DNA of 64,000 nucleotides. Origin: an uncultured Alphaproteobacteria bacterium (GTDB taxonomy: Bacteria; Pseudomonadota; Alphaproteobacteria; Rs-D84). The notes under the pieces are model-generated. The model had not been told where the DNA came from. It searched no databases and worked only from the letters and a program-made list of their open reading frames with translations. Location of the stretch: positions 86,263 through 150,262 of the forward strand of contig CAJOGD010000001.1 of NCBI GenBank assembly GCA_905233975.1. Direction: 5' to 3'. This document shows positions 27,550 through 37,881 of the stretch, piece by piece (position 1 is the stretch's first letter; each line of letters opens with the position of its first letter). The translations under genes and the position numbers were made by a program.

Positions 27550-30027
27550 ATGTCAATCAAGCCAAGATACAAACGCAGATTTTTTTGGACGATTATGACC
27601 ATCATCGCCATTGCCCTTGCGATGGTGTTGGTTGCGCCACTGTTTATGACACTGAATAATATTCGGCCGCGCCTTGAAACGGCCATCGCAACACAAACCG
27701 GCATGCAGGTTAAAATAAACGGCGATGTCACATTTGGCATTGTCGGCAAAACGACAATTCTTGCGAACGAAGTATCAACACCGTTCGGCGACATCAGCAA
27801 GATTTCCGTCCAAATACCATTTCGCGATTTGTTCGATATACAAAACGCGTCACTGACCGGAACAATGTCCATATCTGGTGCGCGCATTAGAATTGATTCA
27901 CTTAGTCCATTCATGAAAAATTATAATATAATTGTCGAAGATTCCATTATCGAATTCCTTGGCAAAGATTATAAAATCATCAATGGTGTATTCCGCAACG
28001 GAACCTTTAACGGCCTTGTCCGCACCGGCCAACACAAATACAGCATCGAATTTCATGGCGACCAATTCACAATCACAAACAAAAATGTCGAATTAAAAAT
28101 CATCGGAAAATTATATCCGTCTGGTGGCGCGTCCGGAACATTGTCCATTAATACAGACCAAATAAATTCTTGGTTTGAATTCCGCGAACCACAAATCAAC
28201 AAACGCGTTGAATTATCCACAGACTTTACATGGGATGGCGAATATGGATTCAAATTTAACAACATTGTTGCGAATAATGTTCGCGGCAACATTGAACTTA
28301 GCCCCAACGGTTGGCGCACGATTGATTTAACATCCCACAGTGTTAGTTTTGATTTTTCATTTCTTGCGCGTTCCACAAAAATTTTGCACGACACAAAATT
28401 GAATATAGATTTCCATGGCGATTTGACATTTGATAATAAAAAATTCGAACATATAAATATCAACGCAATCGGCACCACAGATTCCATTCAAATTGATAAA
28501 ATTATTGCGGACAACACATCTTTTACCGGCGGCACAATCGATTCAAACGGCGCGCACGATATAATGATAAAAACGAACATGGCGGGCACAGATATCGAAT
28601 GTCTGTTTTCCGGCACACCCGACAAATGGCAATGCGCAAAGTTTAAATACGGCGACATTTATGGATTTATAAAAAGCTACAAAAATCACATAACCGCCGA
28701 AGTTGCATCAAACAAAAACATCACGCAACAAGAATTAACCGCATACATTGCGAAACTGGACGGCCGGCCCGCAAACATAAAATTTACATTTAAAAATATC
28801 GGCGGCACATACACATCGAATGCCAATGAATCACACACCGAATACGAATACATATACAACCAACCGATTTCCGCACTGAATCCGCATTTGCATATTTTGC
28901 CCGAAACAATGCTAAACGAACCCGGCAACATAGTTTGGAACGGCGACGCGATAACATTTATTCCGAATTCAAACACTTGGTCATTGATTATCCAAGACAA
29001 TTCGTTTTACCTGAATGGCACAAACATCAAAGATTGGTTTCCGAAAATTGATTTACAATTCATACGTAAACTTGATTACATTGCGTCCGGTTCATACAAC
29101 GAACGCGGCGACATATCGAATTTAACGGTGAAAATTGCCGGCCATGTGTTTACCGGTTCGGTTGACATAAACGGCATAACATTAAAAACCGACACGCTTA
29201 ACATCGACAACTTTTTAAATCCCGCATATTTCGACCATTACGAAGAAATGGAATTTTTAACCAATGCGCCAATTCTTGCGCCATTTGACATTGATAAAAA
29301 TTTATATCTTTCGGCCAAGACGTTGGTATATAACAACAACGCATACAAAAACTTTGTGTATTCGTTAAAGTCCGGCACACAAACATTTTCAATCACCGAC
29401 CGCGCGCGCGGAAACCTGATGGCCACCATCATCAAAGAACGTTCAAACTATGACATATTTATTCAATTAAGTAATTTTGTAATCAATGGCGCGTTGCTAA
29501 CAACGGATTTTCCATTAAACGTTATGAATACGACGATAACCGCGGAAATGGCACTAAACACAAACGGCCATATTGCGCACGACATTTGGTACAACATGAC
29601 GGGGGATATCGATTTAACATTTGATGGCGGATACATTGACGGCATCGGCCTTGACGCATTTTACATCGCATACGACGATTTAACACGATTAAATGTCGAA
29701 GATCGCCTTATGACGGCACTTGAATCCGGCGTGACGAAAATCAAAGACATGCGCATTATCGGAAAGTATAATCGCGGCACATTTACAACAACGAAACCGA
29801 TTGAAATATCTATGCGCCATGCGGACGCAATCGGGAAAATGAATATAGAAAACGGCGCGATGACGGCGGAATTAAATATCACAATGCGCGGCACCGCCCC
29901 CGACCCGGTCACAGTATCGGTCGGCATAGCCCCCAACGGCCGCCGCGGATATTCCATGGGCGAAATCATACGTTATTTCGACCCCGCCTATATGCGAACA
30001 TTCATCAAAACCCATGACAAATTCTAA
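27550..30027 (+). CDS. AsmA-family outer-membrane biogenesis protein
   Basis: N-terminal TM anchor followed by ~780 aa of beta-rich, Asn/Thr/Gly-rich repeats. Confidence 0.5.
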   Translation: MSIKPRYKRRFFWTIMTIIAIALAMVLVAPLFMTLNNIRPRLETAIATQTGMQVKINGDVTFGIVGKTTILANEVSTPFGDISKISVQIPFRDLFDIQNASLTGTMSISGARIRIDSLSPFMKNYNIIVEDSIIEFLGKDYKIINGVFRNGTFNGLVRTGQHKYSIEFHGDQFTITNKNVELKIIGKLYPSGGASGTLSINTDQINSWFEFREPQINKRVELSTDFTWDGEYGFKFNNIVANNVRGNIELSPNGWRTIDLTSHSVSFDFSFLARSTKILHDTKLNIDFHGDLTFDNKKFEHININAIGTTDSIQIDKIIADNTSFTGGTIDSNGAHDIMIKTNMAGTDIECLFSGTPDKWQCAKFKYGDIYGFIKSYKNHITAEVASNKNITQQELTAYIAKLDGRPANIKFTFKNIGGTYTSNANESHTEYEYIYNQPISALNPHLHILPETMLNEPGNIVWNGDAITFIPNSNTWSLIIQDNSFYLNGTNIKDWFPKIDLQFIRKLDYIASGSYNERGDISNLTVKIAGHVFTGSVDINGITLKTDTLNIDNFLNPAYFDHYEEMEFLTNAPILAPFDIDKNLYLSAKTLVYNNNAYKNFVYSLKSGTQTFSITDRARGNLMATIIKERSNYDIFIQLSNFVINGALLTTDFPLNVMNTTITAEMALNTNGHIAHDIWYNMTGDIDLTFDGGYIDGIGLDAFYIAYDDLTRLNVEDRLMTALESGVTKIKDMRIIGKYNRGTFTTTKPIEISMRHADAIGKMNIENGAMTAELNITMRGTAPDPVTVSVGIAPNGRRGYSMGEIIRYFDPAYMRTFIKTHDKF

Positions 30028-30035
30028 ACAAAAAA

Positions 30036-30112
30036 CCGCCCGCAACCGCGGGCGACACTAACACCAAGCCGGGGCAAAGCCCCGGCGCAGTCTCGCCGTA
30101 GCCCTTTGGGCG
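30036..30112 (+). terminator. pair of GC-rich hairpins between the convergent asmA-like and aspS genes
   Basis: CGCCCGCAACCGCGGGCG and CCGGGGCAAAGCCCCGG. Confidence 0.35.
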
Positions 30113-30125
30113 AAGGCGGATAACA

Positions 30126-31880
30126 TTAATTCTTCTTCCTTACCTGAATATGCACTTCGCGCAGTTGTTGTTCGGTCACTTCGCGCGGCGCACCCAACAT
30201 CAGGTCTTGGCCCCGTTGGTTTGTCGGGAACAACACCACTTCACGCAGGTTATTCGTCCCCAAAATAATCGACACCAACCGGTCAATTCCAAACGCACAG
30301 CCCCCATGTGGTGGCGCGCCATATTGGAACGCGGCATACATACCACCGAACTTTTCTTTCACAACTTCCGGCCCATAACCCGCAATGGCAAATGCTTTTA
30401 CCATTGTTTCCGGATTATAGTTGCGCAATCCCCCACTGCAAATTTCGGCACCATTCAAAACCATATCGAATTGGTTCGCCTTGATTTTAAGCGGGTCGCC
30501 GTCCAATTCGCCCTTTGGCAAACTAAACGGATTATGCCCAAAATCAATCGCGCCGGTTTCTTCGTTCAATTCATACATTGGAAAATCTTCTATCCAACAG
30601 AATTTAAATTCATGCGGATTAACAAGTCCCAAATCTTCGCCAAGTTTAATACGCAACTTACCCGCCGCCTTGGCCGCCGTATCAGCCGTATCGCACACAA
30701 AGAACAACGACGAATTATCCCCGGCGATTTCGCGCAGTTTCGCAATACGGTCCGCGTCTAACTTTTTCGCAACCGGCCCTTTGGCTTCGTCCGCAAAAAC
30801 GATATAGCCAAGTCCGCCCAGGCCCAACTCCTTTACCGCATATTCGCCAAGTTTATCAAACCATGAACGCGGTTTGTCCGCACTGTTCGGTGCCGGAATC
30901 GCACGCACCACCGCACCATTTTCAATCGCATTCGCAAAGATTCCAAAATCCGACCCGCGGAAAATTTCCGTCACATCGGAAATTATAATCGGGTTGCGCA
31001 AATCTGGTTTATCCGAACCGTATTTTAACATCGCCTCGTCAAACGGGATATGCGGGATTTCTGGATCGATAATCGCGTCCGGCACAAATGCCCGTATAAG
31101 TTCCGGCATAACCTCGTTCCCTACGGCCTGAATATCGCGCAGGTCCACAAAAGACATTTCCAAATCCAATTGATAGAATTCCAACAACCGGTCGGCGCGC
31201 AAATCTTCATCGCGGAAACATGGCGCAATCTGGAAATAACGGTCAAATCCGGCAATCTGAATCAACTGTTTAAATTGCTGTGGTGCCTGGGGCAACGCAT
31301 AGAACATGCCATGATGATTACGACTTGGCACTATATAGTCGCGCGCACCTTCGGGACTGGACACCGTAAGAATCGGCGTTTGGAATTCCGAAAATCCCAA
31401 ATCCCACATTTTATCGCGCAAGAATTTCATAATGCGATTGCGCGTCAAAATATTATTGTGCAAACTGTCGCGCCGCAAATCGATATAGCGATATTTCAAA
31501 CGCAAATCTTCGGACACCGTATCGTCATCGCCAAACACTTGGAAAGGCAACACATCGGCGTTCGTCAAAACATTCCAAGATTCAACACTTATTTCAATCG
31601 CGCCCGTTGGGATTTTTTCATTTACCTGGGACGCGTCACGTGCAACGACTTTACCGGTCACCTGTAATACAGATTCCGGCCGCACGCGTTCCAAATCGTC
31701 ATTTCCGCCGTCAAGGACAATCTGGGTAATTCCATAATTATCGCGCAGGTCGATAAACAGCAACGATCCATGATCGCGTTTACGATGAACCCAACCAGAT
31801 AACGTTACGGTTTCACCAACATTTTTCGCGGACAATTCCCCGCAAGTATGCGTTCTGTATTTTGATTGAAGTGATAACAT
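30126..31880 (-). CDS. aspS: aspartate--tRNA ligase
   Basis: 584 aa with class II motifs, an N-terminal OB-fold anticodon-binding region and a GAD insertion. Full-length AspS pattern. Confidence 0.9.
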   Translation of the reverse strand: MLSLQSKYRTHTCGELSAKNVGETVTLSGWVHRKRDHGSLLFIDLRDNYGITQIVLDGGNDDLERVRPESVLQVTGKVVARDASQVNEKIPTGAIEISVESWNVLTNADVLPFQVFGDDDTVSEDLRLKYRYIDLRRDSLHNNILTRNRIMKFLRDKMWDLGFSEFQTPILTVSSPEGARDYIVPSRNHHGMFYALPQAPQQFKQLIQIAGFDRYFQIAPCFRDEDLRADRLLEFYQLDLEMSFVDLRDIQAVGNEVMPELIRAFVPDAIIDPEIPHIPFDEAMLKYGSDKPDLRNPIIISDVTEIFRGSDFGIFANAIENGAVVRAIPAPNSADKPRSWFDKLGEYAVKELGLGGLGYIVFADEAKGPVAKKLDADRIAKLREIAGDNSSLFFVCDTADTAAKAAGKLRIKLGEDLGLVNPHEFKFCWIEDFPMYELNEETGAIDFGHNPFSLPKGELDGDPLKIKANQFDMVLNGAEICSGGLRNYNPETMVKAFAIAGYGPEVVKEKFGGMYAAFQYGAPPHGGCAFGIDRLVSIILGTNNLREVVLFPTNQRGQDLMLGAPREVTEQQLREVHIQVRKKN

Positions 31881-32108
31881 TTCTGTTTCCTCTTTACTCT
31901 ACGGGCGACAAAAAACATATTGAATTTTGGCACCCATTGGTTAAACAAATTTTTCTTTCGGGGCGCATAAAGATTCGACTATGCGCGGTGCCACCCGAAT
32001 TTATCACTTTTTTGTTTTATGCAATCACTCCGTGGTTGTTGGTCACATCATTATAATTACAAAAAACTCACTGATATTATAATCTGTCTTTTTGGAATTT
32101 TCAAGAAC

Positions 32109-32438
32109 CTAGTCCACTATTTTATTTTGCCCTGGGTCAAACGCTGGGGTTCCCGACATAACCATAGAAAAATTACCATCAAACCAATATTTTTCCGCAC
32201 TCAAGATATTAAAAGCGTCACCTTTTGATATCGCTTGACCACAGAACTCCCCTTCCCCATCTAAAACATAACAAACACACGTATATTCAGAATTCACAAG
32301 TTGACCTTTTTCTGGAACCCGACCATTAACATTAACAACACACAGGTCTATTTTTTTATCCTGCATATAGTATTCATACACTTTGGAATTTCCATGTGCA
32401 TCATGCACAACGATTTCTTGCTGTTTAACAATTTGCAT
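32109..32438 (-). CDS. cupin-domain protein
   Basis: Small beta-barrel pattern. Start trimmed to MQIVKQQ because the longer ORF overlaps tRNA-Thr. Confidence 0.45.
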   Translation of the reverse strand: MQIVKQQEIVVHDAHGNSKVYEYYMQDKKIDLCVVNVNGRVPEKGQLVNSEYTCVCYVLDGEGEFCGQAISKGDAFNILSAEKYWFDGNFSMVMSGTPAFDPGQNKIVD

Positions 32439-32478
32439 AAAAAAAACTCCAGAACAATGAAAACAGATGATACATTCG

Positions 32479-32552
32479 TGGTGCCCTAAGCAAGAATCGG
32501 ACTTGCGACTCGTCCTTACCAAGGACGTGTTTTACCACTAGACTATTAGGGC
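32479..32552 (-). tRNA. tRNA-Thr (anticodon GGT)
   Basis: Reverse complement GCCCTAATAGTCTAGTGGTAAAAC..anticodon loop TTGGTAA..GTCGCAAGTCCGATTCTTGCTTAGGGCACCA folds as a cloverleaf. Confidence 0.8.
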
Positions 32553-32649
32553 TATTCGCAAAATTACCCCCCGATTATACGGTTCCCAACAAAAAAATCA
32601 AGGAAAAACGTTCTCCTCTGGCTAGAGGGGTGGCCGCAGGCCGGGGGGG

Positions 32650-33240
32650 TCACCCCACCACCCTAACCCGCCCGGGAATATCGATGTCTGGTCGCGTATC
32701 TGGCGCGGTGGCGATTCCGCCGAATGGCATTTGTGCAACCAATATCCACCCGGCCGGCAAATCAAACATTTCGCGCACCATATTATCAATCACCGGGTTA
32801 TAGTGCTGTAAATTCGCGCCAATATTCATTCCGCCCAGGCCGGTCCAAATTGCGAACTGCAACATTCCGTTCGATTGCATAACCCAATCGTGAAAATTTT
32901 CGGCATAGCCCGGATATGCCCGCCGCGTTTCTTCGACCGCCGCCGTATCATAAAAATAAAGAACCGTTCCATACGCCGCCGCAAACGAATCGATTTTGTC
33001 GCGCGAAAAACGTCCGCCGGTAAATTTCACCATTTCATCATAAACGGCGTTCCAAAATTTTTCGTGCCGTTCGCCCATAACCAGAACCACGCGTTGACTT
33101 TTCATATTAAACGCGTCCGGCACATATTGCACCGCCGCACGAACAAAGTCGGCAACCGCCCCCTCGGCCACTGGCAACATTTTATTCAGTCCATACACCG
33201 ACCGACGGCTTTTAAGCAAGTTTATAAATTTATTCATCAT
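32650..33240 (-). CDS. nitroreductase-family protein
   Basis: N-terminal LLKSRRSVYG, a variant of the nitroreductase RRSxR motif. Confidence 0.6.
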   Translation of the reverse strand: MMNKFINLLKSRRSVYGLNKMLPVAEGAVADFVRAAVQYVPDAFNMKSQRVVLVMGERHEKFWNAVYDEMVKFTGGRFSRDKIDSFAAAYGTVLYFYDTAAVEETRRAYPGYAENFHDWVMQSNGMLQFAIWTGLGGMNIGANLQHYNPVIDNMVREMFDLPAGWILVAQMPFGGIATAPDTRPDIDIPGRVRVVG

Positions 33241-33920
33241 TTCCCCCTTAACTTTTTTAATTTTAGTTTATGTTCCGGCAACACGCGATAGGATTCTATG
33301 GCCTTTTGAATTGCACGCGCCCGCGTCCACAAATCAAGGCGTTCAAAATAAGGATAAACGACATCAAAGTGCTTTGCGGCGGCGGTTGCGAAATACCACG
33401 CCCGCATCATATTTATATAATATTCATCTGAATTTATATTCAACACCATATCGGCATATTTTTTATCAAACCCCACATCCATATAGTATCGCATCAGACA
33501 CAACACCGCGAAACGCACCGCATAGACGTGTTTTGACCGCAACCATTTTTCGATATACAGCAAAAGTTTATCGGCATTTTTTGCAAAAATCTTTGGCGAC
33601 ATTTGATCGCATGTTGCCCAGTTATCAATGTATCCCAAGAATTTATCCACCGCACGCACCGCCGAATCAAAATCATGAATTTCGGAAATTATAAACGCAT
33701 GCAACTGATTTTCTTCGAAATATTTGTGTGGCAATTCCGCAACAAAATCCACGCATACGCCGGATTTAGCCATATCGCGCGCCATCGCACGCAACACCGG
33801 CGTTCGCACACCAATAAATTTATCCGCCACAACCGTCGGAACAAGTCCCGAATTAAAATCCCTGTATCCGGCGTCCGCCGCCGCATACAGGGATCTAAGA
33901 ATCGTATTTTCTTTTACCAC
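33237..33920 (-). CDS. DNA alkylation repair enzyme (AlkC/AlkD HEAT-like repeat family)
   Basis: 227 aa all-helical repeat protein with an AlkD-like pattern. Confidence 0.5.
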   Translation of the reverse strand: MVKENTILRSLYAAADAGYRDFNSGLVPTVVADKFIGVRTPVLRAMARDMAKSGVCVDFVAELPHKYFEENQLHAFIISEIHDFDSAVRAVDKFLGYIDNWATCDQMSPKIFAKNADKLLLYIEKWLRSKHVYAVRFAVLCLMRYYMDVGFDKKYADMVLNINSDEYYINMMRAWYFATAAAKHFDVVYPYFERLDLWTRARAIQKAIESYRVLPEHKLKLKKLRGK

Positions 33921-33926
33921 CCGATA

Positions 33927-34460
33927 TTAATCCAATAATTTTGTTAACCATTCTTTGACCTTTTCCGAATGGTCTTCGGTTGTTTCGCGTCCCCGCATAG
34001 AAAACCCGTCCATGACCGTTGCACCACGCGCGACGCGTTTTATTTCACTAAATGAATCGCCGGCCCCGGACGACGCATAGGTATTAAACGGAATGATTAT
34101 CTTTCTGTTGAAATTATTATTTTCCAAGAACGTGTACATTATCATCGGCATTTTGCCCCACCACGTCGGATAGCCCAAGAATATAACATCATAGTCGGCC
34201 ACATCAATCCCCAAATCAACATATTCCGGCCGCGCCTCGGTCTCTTGTTCGCGCTTTGCCACATACGTTTTGTCGGTATCAGAATTCGGATACGGGATAA
34301 CCGCCTCTATCCGCGCCATGTCGCCACCGACCAATTTCTGAATGGTCGTCGCCACACGTTCCGTATTCCCAGATTCAGAAAAATACACTATCAAATTATC
34401 TGCGCGTGCCGCCCCAAAAACGAAAAACAGCCCCAAAGCCAAGAATTTTAAGACTTTCAT
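33927..34460 (-). CDS. flavodoxin-like protein with an N-terminal signal peptide
   Basis: MKVLKFLALGLFFVFGAARA then LIVYFSESGNTE, a flavodoxin FMN-binding start. Confidence 0.6.
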   Translation of the reverse strand: MKVLKFLALGLFFVFGAARADNLIVYFSESGNTERVATTIQKLVGGDMARIEAVIPYPNSDTDKTYVAKREQETEARPEYVDLGIDVADYDVIFLGYPTWWGKMPMIMYTFLENNNFNRKIIIPFNTYASSGAGDSFSEIKRVARGATVMDGFSMRGRETTEDHSEKVKEWLTKLLD

Positions 34461-34554
34461 AATTTCTCCTTTCCTTCCACCGACAATCATAGCGAAAAAA
34501 CATTCAGAAAAGCAACAGTATATTTTGTAAAAAAATCTCGACCGTATCTGTCGG

Positions 34555-35085
34555 TTATTTTTTCAACCGCACAGATTCCAAAAATTTGTTGGCGCCGGCA
34601 TAAGATTTTAATCTAACGACCTGTAACTTCGGGTGTTTTTGTATTGCTTCCTCTATCATGGCGTACGGCGCATCTTTTTTACGCAACATATACCAAACAT
34701 GATCAAGTCGAAAATTCTTAACCGAAAAGCCTTGGCGTCCATGTCGCGGAATTTTTTTAACACATGTTTTTATATACATCCAAACCCTTTTATATGCGGG
34801 CGCCCATAACAATATCAATGTATCCGCGCGTTTCAACCGTTCTTCGAACGCATACCATTCGTATATTCCATCGATTACCCAACGGTCACCCGCAACAGTA
34901 TCATTTATCACCTGATTGATTTTTTGCTTTCTTGCCTCGCGTTCTTTACCCGCCGCCACCGCATACGGGTCATATAAATCCAGGTGTAAAACCGGCAAAT
35001 TAAACTTCCGCCCTAACCTTTCCGACATCGTAGATTTCCCCGAACAAGACCCACCAAAAACAATTATCTTTTGTCCAATATTCAT
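34555..35085 (-). CDS. P-loop NTPase / nucleoside-monophosphate-kinase-like protein
   Basis: Walker A IIVFGGSCSGKST. Start trimmed to MNIGQKI to avoid overlap with the upstream gene. Confidence 0.5.
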   Translation of the reverse strand: MNIGQKIIVFGGSCSGKSTMSERLGRKFNLPVLHLDLYDPYAVAAGKEREARKQKINQVINDTVAGDRWVIDGIYEWYAFEERLKRADTLILLWAPAYKRVWMYIKTCVKKIPRHGRQGFSVKNFRLDHVWYMLRKKDAPYAMIEEAIQKHPKLQVVRLKSYAGANKFLESVRLKK

Positions 35086-35165
35086 ATTGCCGCCATTTTT
35101 GCACAAAACAATATTACAACAATTTTGGTGCGGTGTGTACAAATATAATGCAAAAGACAAAAATA

Positions 35166-35840
35166 CTATTTTACCAAACCATAAAAACATTTTCTTTTGC
35201 CCAAATATGCCGCCCACATACGATCGCCATAGCAAAAGTGCCACCATTCATTTGGATAATTTACAAAACCGTTTTTCTTCATAACACGACATAGCAAATC
35301 TCTGTTGGCCCGGGCCGTTTCATTCACCGCCGCATTCGTCCTTATGTCTTTACCGGTGACCAAATATATTGCACCCATATCCAATTCAACACCGTTTTCA
35401 TCGCACAGACCAATGTCTATGGCACCACCCGTTTGATGCCCGCCATGCCCACGCCGCGGATCGGCAATAACGCGTTTTGTTCGCAGTGTTATTTGATCGT
35501 CTGTTTCATCTGGATACATCGCTTTATAGTATGCATACTTTTCATTCCACGCTTGCGTTTGAACACTCAAAGGCCGATACGCATCATATATTATAAAACA
35601 GATTCCGGCCGGCAAAGCCCCGGCCGCCTTTATTATTTTATCCGCAACCGTTTGCCGCAACAAAACCTCTTTTTCCTTGGCTAATCGGCCACCAAAGAAA
35701 AATTTCACATTAGCTTTTTTAATATCAACCAACGGTTCGCCATTATCACATTCTTTTACACCATTGATAACAAACGCAGGCAATCCGGCGGCCAAACCCA
35801 ATTTGTATTTCACATAGGCCTTTAAAACACTGAAACGCAT
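35166..35840 (-). CDS. D-Ala-D-Ala dipeptidase (VanX/DdpX, peptidase M15D)
   Basis: VanX-like length and motifs, including RGHGGHQTGGAIDI (H..D zinc ligands). Confidence 0.55.
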   Translation of the reverse strand: MRFSVLKAYVKYKLGLAAGLPAFVINGVKECDNGEPLVDIKKANVKFFFGGRLAKEKEVLLRQTVADKIIKAAGALPAGICFIIYDAYRPLSVQTQAWNEKYAYYKAMYPDETDDQITLRTKRVIADPRRGHGGHQTGGAIDIGLCDENGVELDMGAIYLVTGKDIRTNAAVNETARANRDLLCRVMKKNGFVNYPNEWWHFCYGDRMWAAYLGKRKCFYGLVK

Positions 35841-35976
35841 ACCCCCCACCCTTTGTCAATTTGCCGGGGCCAAAATAGCAAAAAAAAAAAATTGTCAATC
35901 GATTTCTGAAAAACCCGCACTTTTGTAATGCAAAACACCCGCTTTTACGATAGAATTAACAAAAAAAGGAGACGTA

Positions 35977-36498
35977 ATGGCATACCAAACAACCGACAGC
36001 ATATATAAACGCCGCAGCATTCGGTCTTTCTGTAAAGACGAAATTTCGGACAACGATTTAAACTTTATTTTATCCAGTGGTCTATCGGCGCCCAGTGGCG
36101 AAGGCATTCACCCGTTGGAACTAATCATAATCAAAAACGACGAAACCAAAGAAAAAATTAAATCTTTTTATGAATGGGCGGGATTTTGCACTGAATCCCC
36201 GGTATCGGTTTTGGTTTGCTATGACGCAAATAAAATTCTTGCGGCGGGTTATGATAACGATGACCTTGGCAAACTTGACGCCGCGGCATGCATAGAAAAC
36301 ATGTTGTTGCGCGCGACCGATTTGGGAATCGCGACATGTTGGACGCACGCATTGGAAAACGCGGACGATTACCGCCACCTGCTTGGGATTCCAAAAAACA
36401 TTGTCCCGGTTGCATTGGTTGTGATGGGATATTCAGACCAACCCTTTGTCGCCAAAGACCAATTCGATAAAAACAAAATCCATATCGACCGGTGGTAG
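35977..36498 (+). CDS. nitroreductase-family protein
   Basis: IYKRRSIRSF nitroreductase N-terminal motif. Confidence 0.65.
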   Translation: MAYQTTDSIYKRRSIRSFCKDEISDNDLNFILSSGLSAPSGEGIHPLELIIIKNDETKEKIKSFYEWAGFCTESPVSVLVCYDANKILAAGYDNDDLGKLDAAACIENMLLRATDLGIATCWTHALENADDYRHLLGIPKNIVPVALVVMGYSDQPFVAKDQFDKNKIHIDRW

Positions 36499-36502
36499 AA
36501 AA

Positions 36503-37384
36503 TCAGAAACCGCGGCTCTGCACCGGCATAACCACAGGTTGCTTTTCGGGGTTCATTATAAAACTTGTGTCAAAATCAATACTGGGGTCATTAAACCCAT
36601 AGTACCACAAATGCTGGGCCCACGCCGCATAAATCGACCTTGCCGCCACAAAAGCGCTTTTAATCGCATCTTCTGATGGCAAATGTATTCGCGTTTCAAA
36701 CTTCTGCCTTTGTTCCGGCGTTACATCAACAGACGACACAAACGGCAACACTCTTTCACCTGTTTTCACTGGATTGGCCGGATCATATATATACTCTTTC
36801 TCTTTTGCATTACCTTTTTCGTCTTTCTCTTTCCAAGAAACCGATATAAAACTATGCCTTTCGCCCGAAAGTTGATTCTTTGACCGCACCAATTCACCAC
36901 CGATGTATTTTGTTGATATATTCGTGTGCTTTTGGAAATACAATTGTGCCAAAATCGCGATTTCCTTGCACGTGCAAACGCCGGCATCAACCGCCGCAGA
37001 TAAAGTTTGCGGTTTATCATAGAAACTAACACTTTCTTTCGCATTTTTGAACGCGTTTGGATACACCTTTTTAAAGACATTATTAAAAGCGTACATATGC
37101 GCCAAAAGACCTATATCAAACCCCGGCGCGGCAGTATCCGCCCATTTTTTAAAAGCATCTTTTTCTTCAAAAGCCGCCGCATTTTTCGCAACCATTTGAA
37201 AAAAATCGTTGAATTTGTTTGAATCTACCTGCACAAAAATACTAAACTTATCACCAAAGGCCGATCCCCCGATCGGCACCATATCGCCATCTTGGATATT
37301 ATCTACCCTGCAATTAACCCCATCTATTATTTCACAGTTCATTTCAAATCCTTTTTCCTTATTATACCACAGATAATATACCAA
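36503..37384 (-). CDS. hypothetical protein, possibly a Cys-His hydrolase (transglutaminase-like)
   Basis: 293 aa with GVCTCKEIA and a downstream GERHSF. No firm family assignment. Confidence 0.35.
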   Translation of the reverse strand: MVYYLWYNKEKGFEMNCEIIDGVNCRVDNIQDGDMVPIGGSAFGDKFSIFVQVDSNKFNDFFQMVAKNAAAFEEKDAFKKWADTAAPGFDIGLLAHMYAFNNVFKKVYPNAFKNAKESVSFYDKPQTLSAAVDAGVCTCKEIAILAQLYFQKHTNISTKYIGGELVRSKNQLSGERHSFISVSWKEKDEKGNAKEKEYIYDPANPVKTGERVLPFVSSVDVTPEQRQKFETRIHLPSEDAIKSAFVAARSIYAAWAQHLWYYGFNDPSIDFDTSFIMNPEKQPVVMPVQSRGF

Positions 37385-37593
37385 TCAAAGTCCAACATTT
37401 GCTCTGCCCCGGGGCCCAAACCGCGGCGAAGGGATTGTATATTCCCACTGCGCTTTGCTTGCGGGAACCCTTTCCACTCGCAACGGTTTCACTGCATTAC
37501 ACTTGTGAAACCCGCTATCGTGTCGGACCCAGGGGCCTCATCTTTCGCGACTATACCAAAATTAAAACCGGGATAAACCCGGTTTGAATTTTG

Positions 37594-37613
37594 GTAGCGG
37601 CGAAGGGATTGCT
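37594..37613. repeat. duplicated 3-prime fragment of tRNA-Met (tggtagcggcgaagggatt), about 160 bp downstream of the intact tRNA, with a terminator-like hairpin repeated next to it
   Basis: Same 20-mer as 37756..37775. Both copies are preceded by an AAACCSGRATAAAYCSGGTTTGAATTTT hairpin. Confidence 0.6.
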
Positions 37614-37755
37614 TCGCCACCTTGCAAAATCCACCTTCGTTAAAACTTCGGTGGACCGGCGTTATTCCGCCTTTTTGCTGCGGTTCGGACCCCTGTGCCG
37701 GTGTCCAAATTCCTGTACCAAAAATTAAACCCCGAATAAATCGGGGTTGAATTTT

Positions 37756-37830
37756 TGGTAGCGGCGAAGGGATTCGGACCCCTGACCAAAGGATTATGAT
37801 TCCTCTGCTCTACCACTGAGCTACGCCGCC
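37756..37830 (-). tRNA. tRNA-Met (anticodon CAT; elongator or Ile-lysidine type)
   Basis: Reverse complement GGCGGCGTAGCTCAGTGGTAGAGC..anticodon loop ATCATAA..GGTCAGGGGTCCGAATCCCTTCGCCGCTACCA. Confidence 0.8.
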
Positions 37831-37881
37831 ATAACACCGCGCATTATAACAGACTTTTTCCCAATTGCAAGAATTTCGTAA

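Noticed and set aside
27498-27914. 138-aa minus-strand ORF spanning the uvrB start, the intergenic region and the asmA-like start
   Set aside because: Overlaps two confidently called genes and their promoter region. No SD and unusual composition.
37614-37700. Second tRNA gene suggested by the tRNA-like acceptor/T-arm sequence downstream of tRNA-Met
   Set aside because: Only ~5 bp of acceptor pairing. There is no canonical D-arm or anticodon arm. It is better explained as a degenerate duplicated fragment, an att scar.
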